From Zygnema circumcarinatum SAG 698-1b (taxonomy: Eukaryota > Plantae > Zygnematophyceae): a stretch of 64,000 nucleotides of DNA. Positions 1-12,147 of this stretch are shown here, piece after piece; the stretch's first letter is position 1, and each line of letters starts with the position of its first letter. The stretch is taken from NCBI GenBank assembly GCA_037447605.1, contig CM074819.1, positions 310,001 to 374,000 of the forward strand, given 5' to 3'. The position numbers were made by a program, and so were the translations under genes. Below the pieces are notes generated by a model. It was given only the letters and a program-made list of their open reading frames with translations. It was not told the origin of the DNA and did not search any database.

Positions 1-3000
1 CTGAACGGATTTTTGCGTTGTTGGACATGTACACCGTTATTCGCAAAGTGGAGTCAAGGGTACGGACATGCCGCTCCCAGTTAGGCAGTGCAGCGCTTTG
101 TCTGGACATAACTTTCCGTTCCTTCCTTTTTTTTAAAGCAAGGGGCAGCATGCACCTTTTTGTCAGTTGGCTATGTTCTAAGCTGCTGTTCGTGGCTTTG
201 CTCTTTCCCAGATATTTCTGATCGCGGGGGAGTCGGGGAATTCGGAAGTGAGAGACTTATTGTTAAAGATGCCGTTGACTTTATCGGAGGCAGCGTCTGC
301 CACGTTTTCCGGATTTCGGCAAATATTGGACGACAGCTATGTGGCGAGTGCCCCTCGCCAGACCCCTTTCATCAGGTCCATCTTCGAACGCATCCGTTGA
401 AAAAACTCTATTCTCCGCGTATTCTCATGTGTTTCTATGTATGAATGGTAGGTTTTGAAGCATAGCAGATTTGTAAGGCTTCGAATGAGCCTTGTCTCTT
501 TCTCCTTTACTTCGCCTCACAATCTTTGTTTTTCCTCCCTTTATATCCCGCATTTTTCCTCCCTTCCCCTTTCTCCTCCCTCCCTCCCTCTTACAGAATG
601 AGCTTGGCATTTGCCTCTTTGATTTCTGCTCACGTTTTCTGAGCTTGAAATTGTCGCGGAAACTGTTTTTTGTATGGCTAATTTATGTTTTGAGATCCTG
701 TCCGTGGTTGCAGATTTCCCTGGAGGGCTCAAGTTTCAGAAGCGGAAGAAGTGCTGCCCCCTGATGGCAGTGTGCATGCGACGACGAGCTATGTGGTAAA
801 TTATGTGAAGCCGTTCCTTTGCAGGTCAGCTCCTCACCTTCGCCCTTCCCTGCTTTTCAAGAATGCAGTTCCTGCACATGCGTCGTCAGGAGACGACGAG
901 GGTTCGCAGATGCCTCCAAATACCCATCCACTCGTGTGGATTGATGAAAGTATTTTGGCGATGTGGGGAATGTGGTGTTGGCAGAGGTCGAGGACGAGAC
1001 CATGGAGCCCTTCTGGAGGAGCTGCTCAGCATTGAGGCTGCGAAGAGAGAGGGAGAGAGAGAGGGAGAGGGAGAGGGCGAGGGAGAAGGAGAGGGAGAGG
1101 GAGAGGGAAAGGGAGAGGGAGAGGGAGTGCGAGAGGGAGAGGAGGTGCGGTCCCTTGTGAGCGGCGAGTGCGGTGCGCTGCTGGGCGCGTTGGGGCGGTG
1201 CTTGGAGAGGTTGGCGAGGGGGAGTCAGGACGCGGCGCTGAGGGAACTCTTCCTCATGAACAACTGCAACTACGTGCAGCATGCCATGTGCGTGCCGCTT
1301 GCATGGGGTGGAGGGAGAGGGAGAGAGGAGAGGAGAGAGAAGAGAGGAGAGAGGGGAGGGAGGGAGAGAGGAGAGAGGAGAGAGAGAGAGAGAGGAGAGA
1401 GAGAGAGGAGAGAGGAGAGAGGCGAGGGAGAGAGGAGAGAGGAGAGAGGGAGAGAGAGAGAGAGAGAGAGGAGAAGAAGCAGAGGAGAGGAGGAGAGGGA
1501 GAGACAGGAAAGGGAGAGGAGAGAGGAGAGAAAGAGGAGAGAGGAGAGAGGAGAGAGGAGAGAGGAGAGAGGGAGAGAGGGAGAGAGAGAGAGAGAGAGG
1601 AGAGAGGAGAGAGGAGAGAGGAGAGAGGAGAGAGGAGAGAGGGAGAGAGGGAGAGAGGAGAGAGGAGAGAGGAGAGAGAGAGAGGAGAGAGGAGAGAGGA
1701 GAGAGGAGAGAGAGAGAGAGGAGAGAGGAGAGAGGCGAGAGGAGAGAGGAGAGAGGAGAGAGGAGAGAGGAGAGAGGAGAGAGGAGAGGAGAGAGGAGAG
1801 AGGAGAGAGGAGAGAGGAGAGAGGAGAGAGGAGAGAGGAGAGAGGAGAGAGGAGAGAGGAGAGAGGAGAGGAGGAAAGAGAGGGAGAGAGGAGAGGAGAG
1901 AGGAGAGAGGAGAGAGGAGAGAGGAGAGAGGAGGAGGAGGAGAGGAGAGAGGGAGGAGAGAGAGAGGAGGAGAGGAGAGAGGAGAGGAGAGAGAGAGAGG
2001 AGAGAGGAGAGAGGAGAGAGGAGAGAGGGAGAGAGGAGAGGAGGAGAGAGGAGAGAGGAGAGAGGCGAGAGGAGAGAGGAGAGAGGGAGAGAGGAGAGAG
2101 GAGAGAGGAGAGAGGAGAGGAGAGAGAGGAGAGAGGAGAGAGAGAGAGGAGAGAGGAGAGAGGAGAGAGGAGAGAGGAGAGAGGAGAGAGGAGAGAGGAG
2201 AGAGGAGAGAGAGGAGAGAGGAGAGAGGAGAGAGGAGGAGAGGAGAGAGGAGAGAGGAGAGAGGAGAGAGGAGAGAGGAGAGAGGAGAGAGGAGAGAGGA
2301 GGAGAGAGAGAGGGAGAGAGGAGAGGAGAGAGGAGAGAGGGAGAGAGGAGAGAGGAGAGAGAGAGAGGAGAGAGGAGAGAGGAGAGAGGAGAGAGGAGAG
2401 AGGAGAGAGGAGAGAGGGAGAGAGGAGAGAGGAGAGAGGAGAGAGGAGAGAGGAGAGAGGAGAGAGGGAGAGAGAGGAGAGAGGAGAGAGGGAGAGAGAG
2501 AGAGGAGAGAGGAGAGAGGAAAGAGGAGAGAGGAGAAGGGGAGGGAGTGGAAGAGGGAGGAATGTCAGCAGATTTCTGAAGGAAGGTGGATTCCTGCCTT
2601 GTTCTTGCGCAAGGGCAGGGCTGAAGCAGGCGCTTCGCATGTTCTTCGATCGAAATGGGAGTCGGGCGAGGTGGTAGAGGAGCATGCAATTCTCTTTAGG
2701 AAAGCGGCGTTAGGCAAGGTGCGTCGCAGGGTCCGCCTTCTGCCTGTGGTCTCTCCCTTCGGATCTCTGTTACTCCTCTCCCCGACCACGTTCTCCCTCC
2801 TTTATTCTTTGCTTTCCTCTCTCTCCAACAAGCTCTGCAATACTACCTGTCCTCTTTCATTACCGCTCCCTCTCGTAATGACTCTCTCTCCACCGCTTTC
2901 GCTCCCTTCCTCCCTCCCTCCCTTCCTCCCTCCCTCCTTCCCTCCCTCCCTCCCTCCCTCCGTCCCTCTTTCGCATTCTCATTTCTTCTCGTGATATGAG

Positions 3001-6000
3001 CAAAGGAGAGGACCCCCAGGCCGTAGGGAAGTCTGTTTGTGTTTCGTGACTCGGGTGAAGTTTGAGCGCGGGACGCAGCAGGTGACCGCCATCCTCACGG
3101 ACTCGCAGCAGAGTCTGCTCTCGGGCCTTTCGGACGTCAGGCAGGACTGCAAAAAAAGGTGATCCAGGATTTCACCTGAAGCCCAAATCATACATTTTAT
3201 CCATGGCGCAGCAAGTTAAGCTACGTCAAAAATACGAAGTGAATTCGAAGGCTTACAGTGAAGGTGCCAAGAGGGGAACACAGGGGGAAGTAGGAGCAGA
3301 GGGAGAAGGAGCCGGGGAAGGAGAAGGAGAAATAGTGATGGAAGGCGGAGTGAGCAGACAAGGCAGGAGGGTAAGAGGGGAAAGAGGGACAGGAAGAGCG
3401 GAGATGGGGAGGGAATGTAGAAGCGAGGTGGGAGCAGGAAGAGAAGGAGAAGGGAGTGAAAGTGGAGAGGGGGCAGGGATCGGGAGCGGGAAGAGGGAAG
3501 GGAAGGGGGAGAGTGGGAGAGGAAGCTTTGCTTTCCTTTCATGCTTATGTCCTCTTCTTTTTTATGGGTTTGAAGCGTGGCTGAGACTTGGTTCTGCCTC
3601 CTTGTTCCTCCTGGAATGCGCTTCTTGGCGAGGTTTGGTGTGCTTGTGTCCGGCCGTCAACTGACTTCGGGTTTCAGGCTTAGGTGAGGCGTCAGGATAG
3701 GAAAGCACAAGCGTGAGGATGAGATGGGAGAGCCGTGGAAACAGAGTAGGAGAGCCACCCAGACAATCACGTGGATGATTGTTGACGTGCTCCCAATTGT
3801 GGGAGGAGTGAACGATAACAGGATGTGGAAACACCTTGTGCGGTTCCCCCTCCTACTCCTCCTCCTCCACTTCCTCTCCTCTCCTCGTTCGCCCGCTCCA
3901 TCCCCTCATACTCCTCTTCCTCCTCTCCCCCCGCCTCCTCCTTCTACACCTCCTCTCCCTCCTCTTTCTCTACTCTTCCGCCCGGTCCTCCCCCTCCTCC
4001 ACTTCCCCTTCCTCCTCTTCCTCTCCTCATCCGCCCGCTCCGCCTCCCCCTCCTACTCCTCCTCCCCACCCCCCCTCCCTCTTCCTCCTCTTCCCTCTTC
4101 CCTCCCTCCTCCTACTCCTCTTCCCCCTCCTCTTCCGCCTTCCTCCTCCTACTCTTCCTCCTCCTGCTCGTCCTCCTCCTCCTCCTCCTCCTCCTTCTAC
4201 TCCACCTCTTCCTCCCCCACCACCACTTTGAGGGAGGCTCAAAGCTGCGAGAGACCGCTATCTGCAGTTCCCAACGTTAGAGAGTCAGCCACACTCCCTA
4301 TTCAGTCCCGACTTTAGAATCCCTTTAGAATCCTTTCCTCCTCGTCTTCCTCTGTGTTTGTTTCCCACATAATCCTATCACTGTCGACTCTTTCGCTGCA
4401 GACCTCGCACCCCCACGCGCAGTCGGCCGGTGGCCTCGCCCGCCCGCGGCGTGAAAGCAAAGCGCCGCTCTCTCAGAGGGGACGGCTGCTTCGGGCTGCA
4501 GCAGGGGCTTGCCAAACGCGCGTAAGTCGGGAGAGGGAGGTGGAGGCCCCTGTACGAGAGAGAGGGAGAGGGAGAGAGGGAGAGAGGGAGAGAGGGAGAG
4601 CGAGCAAATCAACCTTCTAAGCACATGAGCTTGTGACTTGGAAGTTTCTGAAGTACACCTTCGAAGGTGCTTTTCGGGTTGGTTGGTCAACCATCTGGAA
4701 AGTCGTTTGTTTGTCTGAGATATCGTAGAAGCTAGAAGCTTTTCGCCTTCTGTTAGTGTTTATTGGAAAGCTTAAGGTTTGTAGTTTCGGAAGGCGGATT
4801 TGTCCACTTGATATTTTCTAAAATATCAAAAACTGTTCACCTTCACAAGCTCGCAGAAGTCCCCGCACTTCAAAAAAAAAAAAAACATCTCACTACTTTT
4901 TGAGATTGTTTTTGGCATCACTTGTCGAAATGTAGCTCCTAGAGGACTATTTTTTGTCCCTTTTCTATCGTTGTTAGGCCGCCATTGACATTAATTCTGC
5001 TCTCTCCATTCATCATGTCGATGACTTTTAGGGCAATGTCTAGTTTCTAGACTGTACAAAACTGATGCGTTATGTTTATTCTCTCAATTCGAATCACTTC
5101 AATTTCCTGTCCTAAAGTTCTACGTTGCGTGTTAGCCCAAGAGCGTAAGTTTGTCGGATGTGACAAAGAGATGTGGTGTTTTTGCAACAGGAGGGACAAT
5201 GTAAGGTGTTGCAGAGGCTGTGCTGTGAGAACTTTACTGTGAGTAAGCGGTGGGAGTGACCAAAGTTAACCAAAGTTTCATGTGGACGGAATACGATTAG
5301 TCATCGCGGGTGCTAAGCTCTGAAGGATTTGAAACCTTCCCTTTCAAGTTCACTAACAAACAGTTTTCTGGCATTGCATGGTCTCTTTGTTTGTTCCCAT
5401 CCCGAGTTCGACCCGGCTGATGGGGTCTATCTTGCTCAGGATTTGGACCTTGGCTTCCTCCATCATTCACTTCAACGTTTCTATGTAGTCAAACTGACAG
5501 CTCTGTTTCCTGCTGCCATGGAGTGAAGCGTGTACCTCCTGTTAACTGCTGATGCTTCGTTGCCGTGCTGCCAGTAGCAAATTTTCTAGGAAGGAAGGGA
5601 GGCCATGGTTGTGGAGGAAGTAGCGCACATGTATGATGGGTTTCTGAGGTCGGGTTTTCAATCTAACAAATGACATTTCTTATACTGACGTCCCATTTCC
5701 CATCCATGCCTCCCTGTTTTGGTCTGCAGCACATCTGACATCGCTCTCCTTCGTTCTCTGCGGCAGGCTGAGGAAATTCAACGACGCATTTGAGGAGTTG
5801 GCGCTGCAGCAGGGCACGTGGGTGGTGGTCGACGAAGAGAGGCGGCGCAAGATTCGACACGAGTGGTCGTCTGCGCTGAAGGATGTCTACGCAGCCTTCC
5901 TCATGCCCCACCGGTGGGGGGCCCTTTTAAACCCTCACTCCTACAACTCATGACCCAGGACACCCTTCTCTCTCCGTTTTCCTCTCCCCTGTTTTCTATT

Positions 6001-6229
6001 TGACCTGTTTTACTGCTGAAAAGGGCTTCGCTTTATGTCGAAGTCCTCTTCTGAATTGTACGATCATATATTGATAGAACTGTGGAAATTCGTTCTGCAT
6101 TAAGTTGCATGATGTCTGACGATGCGTCTGCGTGTCGCCAGGGACTACCTCGGGGATATCCGCTCCTATCGCTACTCTCCAAATCACATCGAGCGTGTTG
6201 TGCTCGACTACTTCTTCCTGGGAAGCTGA
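1..6229 (+). CDS. EXO70: Exocyst subunit Exo70, 5'-incomplete. Exons approx. <1-59, 212-375, 713-823, 985-1291, 2572-2718, 3082-3158, 4402-4521, 5767-5913, 6142-6229
   Basis: Spliced translation gives the Exo70 motifs in the expected order: ERIFALLDMY, LPPDGSVHATTSYVVNYVK, ALRELFLMNNCNY, VVEEHAILFRKAALGK, LRKFNDAFEELALQQGTWVVVDEE..VYAAFL and YRYSPNHIERVVLDYFFLGS*. GT-AG boundaries have compatible phases. Confidence 0.9.
1311..2560. repeat. About 1.25 kb purine-only (GAGAGGA)n-type microsatellite inside EXO70 intron 1292-2571
   Basis: Almost pure G/A on the + strand with a 7-nt period. The long ORFs called across it are low-complexity artefacts. Confidence 0.95.
3845..4225. repeat. Pyrimidine-rich (CT/CCT) low-complexity tract in an EXO70 intron
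   Basis: Direct reading. A purine-rich counterpart lies at about 3250-3520 in the same intron. Confidence 0.85.
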
Positions 6230-7346
6230 CGGCCTCAGGGACGCACGGGGGCTTGTGATGGCCTTCAAGCGGAGATGCAGATGCAGGAGTGTAGAGAGCA
6301 GAGAGGGGTGGGTCTATGTAGCCAGCCAGGTACGCAGAGGGAGGGCAAGCGGTTGCCAAGGAATTTGCAGCTAATGGCGGTTGTACGGCGAGCTCGGGGC
6401 CCCATTCAGCAGCGCTGCTCTCCTTCTATGATGATGGCGCACATAATTGTAATGTGTAAATGTTGACGGGACGTGACGGTGCGGGACGGGATGGGGCGGG
6501 GCGGGGGTGGGCGGGATGTGGAAATGTTGTAGACCTGCAGCCTCTCAGAGTGAATAAATTTCCCATGTTGCAGAACCAGAGAGAGAACGTGTCTAAGTAC
6601 CGCAGACAGACGGGTGCAAAACGATGATGTGCGCGGAAGGAAGAGAAGCGGCACTAAAGAGTCTCTACCGAGAATTACGGCCGCAGATGCTCCTCGGGTT
6701 ACATCACTTTATTTAGAGTTTCTAGGGCTTCCTGAGTCAAGCGCAGAGTGCTTCCTGGGTCAACCAGAGAACTGGGGAACGCCGTGACCGTTTGGAACCT
6801 GTTTCACCGTTAGGTTCTTTGGTTCCTTCTTCATCCAAAATTACAGTAGCATTCCTCACCTTACAAACTAAAATGGAAATCGCCATTTGTCACTTTTCAA
6901 ATACACAAAAGATTTAATTTTTAATTAAATTAATTTAGAATCATAACAAGGTACGGTATCCTCAAAATTTCTTTTTTTTTCTACCCTACGTTTTACCCAG
7001 TTGCTTGGCTCTGTGCTTGTGTAAGTCTGAACTAACTGCGCAAATGCAAGCAATGTACGGCTGCATCCTCACTGCAGATCACTACCACACATCCCAGAGG
7101 TTGAGAAAGCTTCACCCCCCAATTGAACCTGTAAGGGGAGCAGGATCCACCCCACCTCCAGGTGGGCATTTCAAAATCCCGTGATGAGCGATTACTAGAC
7201 GTCAACTCTGCCGGCTTCTGCAGAATTTATTACCTTAAGTTGGGCGTTCTTTGGCGTTCGACATTCGTCCTCCGCCTGCCTGACTGCGCGGCAGCCCATT
7301 GCCATTGCCCGCCCTCCTCACTGCACTCGGAACGCTCCTCCGGTTC

Positions 7347-7428
7347 GGACCAGTCCGGACCAGTCCGGACCAGTCGCGGACCAGTCCGGAGCAGTCCAGG
7401 ACCAGTCCCGGAGCAGTCCGGAGCAGGC
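7347..7428. repeat. 10-bp tandem repeat (CCGGACCAGT)n, about 8 degenerate copies
   Basis: ggaccagtcc units read directly, about 30 bp downstream of the GT2-A stop. Confidence 0.85.
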
Positions 7429-7456
7429 CCCGGCCGGCCCTCGGGTGAGTTCCAAG

Positions 7457-10400
7457 TCACAGCCACGGATCGACGGGCAGCAGGAAAAGGTTCACCCGCT
7501 GGACCTCGCGGAAAATTCGATCTTCTTCTTGCAGCCACGGGCCGTTGAGCTGACTGTTTCTTGCGCGGATGTACTGCTGCTTGCCGGCGTACGTCCCCCC
7601 CAACGCCTTCGCTTCAAAGAATAGGCCTTCTGAAAACATGTGTGCGACCTGATAGCCCGCAAGCCACATGCGCATGGCCATGTCCCAGTCACAAAATATC
7701 CCGCTTTCTCCTTTCTTGCCCATTATCCCTTCATCTTGCCCGCCCAGCTCGAAGTAAACTCTCTTCCGGTAGATAGTCGGGGAAGAATCGACAACCGTTG
7801 CAAAGTGCATCCTTACATTCGTGACCGAGTCAAACAGCGGCATGTTGTCTCTGCGGTCTGACATTCTTCCAATCCACGCCATAAAAGGTCGGTTGTTGTC
7901 GACTGCGAAGCTCGACCCCCGCATCCCTATGAGGCCCACATTCGGCCATGCATGCAGCACGGATTGCAGCCGCGGCATCCACATGCAGCTGGCAGGAGGC
8001 TCTTCGTCGTCTTGGAGGAGAACCAAAAGGTCGCCCTTTGCAACTTGAGCGGCTCGATTATAGCCCCTCACTTCATTCACGTTGTGGGAAAACACAAGCA
8101 CAAGGAACTTTCCAGGCCTGGTCTCTTGCCAAAGCTTCTTCCACTTTGCCGCAGTTGAGGGCTCATCCACATTCACCACCAATTCCGTCGTAAGACCAGA
8201 GACGGACCCTTCGCCCAGCGAGCCACAAGTGCAGTCGTACAAACGTGTCACAATTTTTTCCATGAGGTCGGGCTGCCGAAAATACTGCAGCAACATGCTG
8301 ACTTTCACATTCTCGGGGTACCGGAAGGGGTCCCGCTTCCACACTCCCTGGGGTGCCATCCGTCCACCATCTCTTCGCCTATCGCTACACGTGGCAGTCA
8401 GCCAGCGTCTCTCACTACAACGGTTCCGCCATAGGAGGCTCGTGCCCTCGCCCTTCTCTGAGTCTCCATGTGCTTCCTCCGTTCCGTTCCTTTCGCTTCG
8501 CCGCAAAGCCTGCGGGCAGCGCGCGCCTGCACGCGGCGGCCGCAGCTTCAGGCAACTGGACGAAAAAAATACTACTTATGCACGGTCTGTTTGTGGTCCG
8601 CATAGCTCCACTATGAGAGAAAAATGAATGAGACTGCACCTTCCCAGAGTCTCCCTTGCAACAGATGTAGGCGTTTGGCCATTCGTTCGGGAAATCGCGC
8701 TTTCGCGGATGCATCCACAGCGGCCCGCCAGCCGCCACGTGCCGCTGGGCGGCCTGCTCCGAGGGGTCGAGTGTCATTACGAGCTGCCACGTGGCGTGTT
8801 TCTAGAAGTTCGCGACGACGCAGGTTGGCAGCCTGGTGGACCCATGTGAGACCGAATGGAGGGTCAAAAATCCGAATGATGTGTCTCAAACCTTCCTTGT
8901 GAAAGAAAAAGCTTCACGGTCGGATATCTTCAGTGAGAGCCGGTTGACACCATTCCCGGTTGATGTGTGAGGGCAAACTGCCTGAGGTCACCTGAACAGC
9001 AGCGGCTAAAGTCTCCTCCTGAGCCAAGGCTGCTGCTATGGCGCGTCTGAGAGCTGTCTCCAAAGGGCGAAACTCAAGCCTTCTTCTCAGCCTTAACGCC
9101 GGGTCCACTGACGGAGCCAAACGCTTTCCTGAATAGCCTCTGAAAAGAACGAAAGCAGCATGCTTTGCTAAGAAAGTTGGCAGGAACAATAAAGTTGTAC
9201 AACACTTAGGGGGAGAGCAAGAGAAGAGGGTGAGTGAGAGAGAAAGAGAGAGAGAGTGAGAAACAGAGACGGAGAGAGGAGCAGCGACGTAAGACTGAGG
9301 AAAGTGATTGATGCCAGTGTACTGTAACACTAACGACCTTATAAACGTTTGGAGCAATAGATGGTACAATCGGTTGAATTAACTTGTCTAGCGAAAAAAG
9401 GCCTAGACCTAAAAAATGGTTCTCAAGCAGAATACAAAATTTTATTATTAAGTTGTTTCTGATTAAATCTGTTATATGACATTTTTTTTTTTAAGACTGC
9501 TTTTTGAAATTTCCAAAAAATTGATGTGATGTAGGTTCCATTCGTTTTGGTGTTCCTGTCTGCTCAACCTTCGCGCACTTTGAGCGTGAAGACCACAAAC
9601 CGCTGAGCTTATGTTGCTGCCGCTTTGAAAACTAACTATACGAGAACGAACAAAGGATCAAAGGCGCGGTTGTTGGCCAATTTCACAGAATTGCCGCTGT
9701 CTGGCAAGGATGTCAATCTTGAACCGCGGAACACGGAGAAAAGAAATCTCGCCTTCGAATTCCGCCTGTTCGAAGATGTCAGCACATGCAGTTTTTCTCT
9801 GCAGTGTCAGGGCACACTCAGTGCAATCCAAGAGCAGACTGGAGCTCATTTTTTACCTAACGACGAAACTGCTGCAGGAATTCCATTGTCATTTCGATAC
9901 TCGCTCTCAAACTTCATCATACTTTCACACTCACACAGTTCCCACTCGCTTTCATTCTTACTAATACACTTATTCTCAGTAGGTTCACTGATTCTCAAGT
10001 TCACGTTCCGCTCGCACTCCCATTCTCAATTCCTCTCCTGCTCTCACTCCCCCATCTTTTCGTTCTGCCGAGTCATAGTGTCGAACTGGTTGACATTACA
10101 AAAGTCAGTTTTTTGCGACTCAAGCAGACCCCATCAGCGCTTGCGGTTATGTCAAAATTACATTTGTTGACACCTCATGTCCAATAATGAAGTAGAGATC
10201 AAAGTGCAAAATGCCCTCAGAGTTCGGAGTGGGCGGAGGTAAAAGCGAGTCGCTTAAAGGAAAGCAGAGCGGAGGAGTTTCCAGGCAGGTAGTCAAGCGA
10301 AGCGGCATTGCCTTGGCAAGAGCCCCACCTGAGCTGGCTCCAGAGCAGCCCTGCGACAAGCGCTCCGACAACGACGCCGGCGCAGAGCGCGGGGAGGTGC

Positions 10401-10504
10401 AGGCCCACCCTCGCCCTCACCCGCCCTGGCCCCGCCGCCCGGCGCAGGCCCGCGGCCCCGTCCGCGGCAGCGGCAGGAGAAGGGGCGGGGGCCATGGCCG
10501 CCAT
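7457..10504 (-). CDS. GT2-A: type II membrane GT2/GT-A family glycosyltransferase. Exons approx. 10504-10329, 9139-8992, 8832-8640, 8526-7457
   Basis: Exon 1 has a hydrophobic anchor (ALCAGVVVGALVAGLLW). The catalytic exon has VSMLLQYF, ELVVNVD, EVRGYNRAAQVAKGDLLVLLQDD (DxD-like), GGQDEG and DWDMAMRMWLAGYQV. Splice phases are compatible and shared with the paralog at 28684-32019. Confidence 0.8.
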
Positions 10505-10607
10505 CAGCGCGCTGCGGTGCGAGGGCGAGGGCGAGGGCAAGAGCCCGCCACCATGGCCGTGGCGGCCATGGCTTTGCCGCTGCCTGCCGCCTGGCAGTCC
10601 CGCCCGT

Positions 10608-10672
10608 GCTGTATCGTATTGTATCGTATCGAATTATATCGTATCGAACCGCGGCGAGTCGTATCGTATCGT
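10608..10672. repeat. (TATCG)n pentamer tract about 100 bp upstream of the GT2-A ATG
   Basis: gtatcgtattgtatcgtatcgaattatatcgtatcg...tcgtatcgtatcg read directly. Confidence 0.8.
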
Positions 10673-10682
10673 GAACGCTGCG

Positions 10683-10974
10683 CAGGTCGGAGCATTGGAT
10701 CAACCGTTGGAATGGTTCGAACCATTGATTAGAGACCCAGCCAACCATTGCTAATGATTCCAACCACTGGAAAACCATTGGATGGCAATGGTTGGACGTC
10801 TACTGGTTGGCAACCAGTCGAATGGTTGGCAAGCATTGGCATCCAATGGTTCTGCACCATTCGATTGGTTGCCAACCATTGGCATCCACTTGTTCCGAAC
10901 AAGTCGAATAGTTGTTTCGATCCGACGCCAAGGGTTGGCAACCAGTCGACTGGTTGGTCCAATGGCCCGACCTG
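10683..10974. mobile_element. 292-bp MITE-like foldback element with 23-bp imperfect TIRs
   Basis: Left end CAGGTCGGAGCATTGGATCAACC versus reverse complement of the right end CAGGTCGGGCCATTGGACCAACC (20/23). The interior is built of CAACCA(T/G)T repeats in both orientations. No TSD seen. Confidence 0.65.
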
Positions 10975-11111
10975 TAAGGCGCTTGCGCTTCCACGGAAAC
11001 GCTGCGGATGTTTCGAATCCGCTCACAACTTCGAAATCCAAAGAATAGGGAATAACACCCTCAGAATGACTGCCGGGATTTTAATGTAAGGCTTTAGGAA
11101 ACGAGGAGTGG

Positions 11112-11204
11112 ATGTGGCATTGATCCCACGATGGCGATGATGTTATCGAATGTACATGGACGAAAATCAGCAAGGGGAACCACGAGGGACTGGGCGCAAA
11201 GGAC
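11112..11204. repeat. Dispersed conserved non-coding element, copy 1 (copy 2 at about 24387-24488)
   Basis: Core ATGGCGATGATG..ACATGGAC..GGGGAACCACGAGG..TGGGCG.CAAAGGAC is shared with copy 2, roughly 80% identity by eye. Confidence 0.75.
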
Positions 11205-12147
11205 ATTTCCTTTTCAGGAAACGCATTGAATGATTGAAGGTAAAAGACGTTCGGAAAGGTAATGATGTTGGGAGGCTTCCCTCTAAATCAAGCAACATTC
11301 AAATGAGGCCGCTGGTTGTCATTCGGTCAAGATTATTCAAGATTGTACGGCTGGCTGGCTGGTGGCTGGCTGCCGCACGGCAAGCGGGAAGTCTGCCGAG
11401 CTGTTGTGCGGACGCGGAGGAGGCATCCGTCCATCCCTTGGTACTGCACGACTGCGGGGAGGGGGGGGCTGGTCCGGCTGGTTGAAAGCCTTCCGATGAA
11501 GGCACAACTGGCGGAGGCGACACACTTGAGTTCCGCTTGGGGTGCAGACCGCTCTGCGAGCATGAAAAGAGCGGGATTGAATATGGGATAGGATTCCAGT
11601 GCAGCCAGGCAGAACACCCGCCATGTATGATTTACTCACTCTGACTCAAAACGTAAAACGACAAAGAAGTGACTATATTCTTGACAGATTGTCAAAGGGG
11701 GCGCCGAGCTCTCACTGCTCAATTGGTTGCGCCGCTTGGTCTCACATGTGCGACGGCCTCGTGAACACTCGACTAGCACAAGAGCGATTCCTCCGGGAAT
11801 CGCGGCAAACTGTGCCTTGATGCGACCGTTCAATCGTGCACTCCATTGGCATTGAGATGATAGGTGCCATCCAAATGACGGCTTCACAGAGTGACAAGGC
11901 CATGAAGGCATTTTACCGGGCTTCATGGGCGCGGGTTCCCGGGCGGGAAGTTTTCCTCGCCACAGGGTGGCCCATGACTGATGAACGCCGTCAACTCGGA
12001 TTGCAGCATGCAAGGGGCACTAGCTGAGATAAAATACAAGTGATTTAACATCATAAAAACTACACAACACTTCCCCAAAGCCTTCAAATCCGCCAACCCT
12101 TCTCAATATATCCTTTTCTTTTTCTTCTTCGTTCTATCGCCAGCCCG

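Noticed and set aside
857-2994. Several 430-610 aa ORFs on both strands
   Set aside because: They are translations of the GA microsatellite (Glu/Arg or Ser/Leu/Pro runs); only short flanks are real EXO70 exons.
7098-7116. GGTTGAGAAAGCTTCACC resembles 15771-15788
   Set aside because: A short match with no flanking similarity; likely chance.
8628-8849. Protein-like + strand ORF (MRLHLPRVSL...)
   Set aside because: Antisense to GT2-A exon 3, whose minus-strand frame is supported by homology to GT2-B.
11299-12030. Multiple short ORFs downstream of the malectin-GT90 stop
   Set aside because: No recognisable motifs or consistent splice chain; probably UTR or intergenic.
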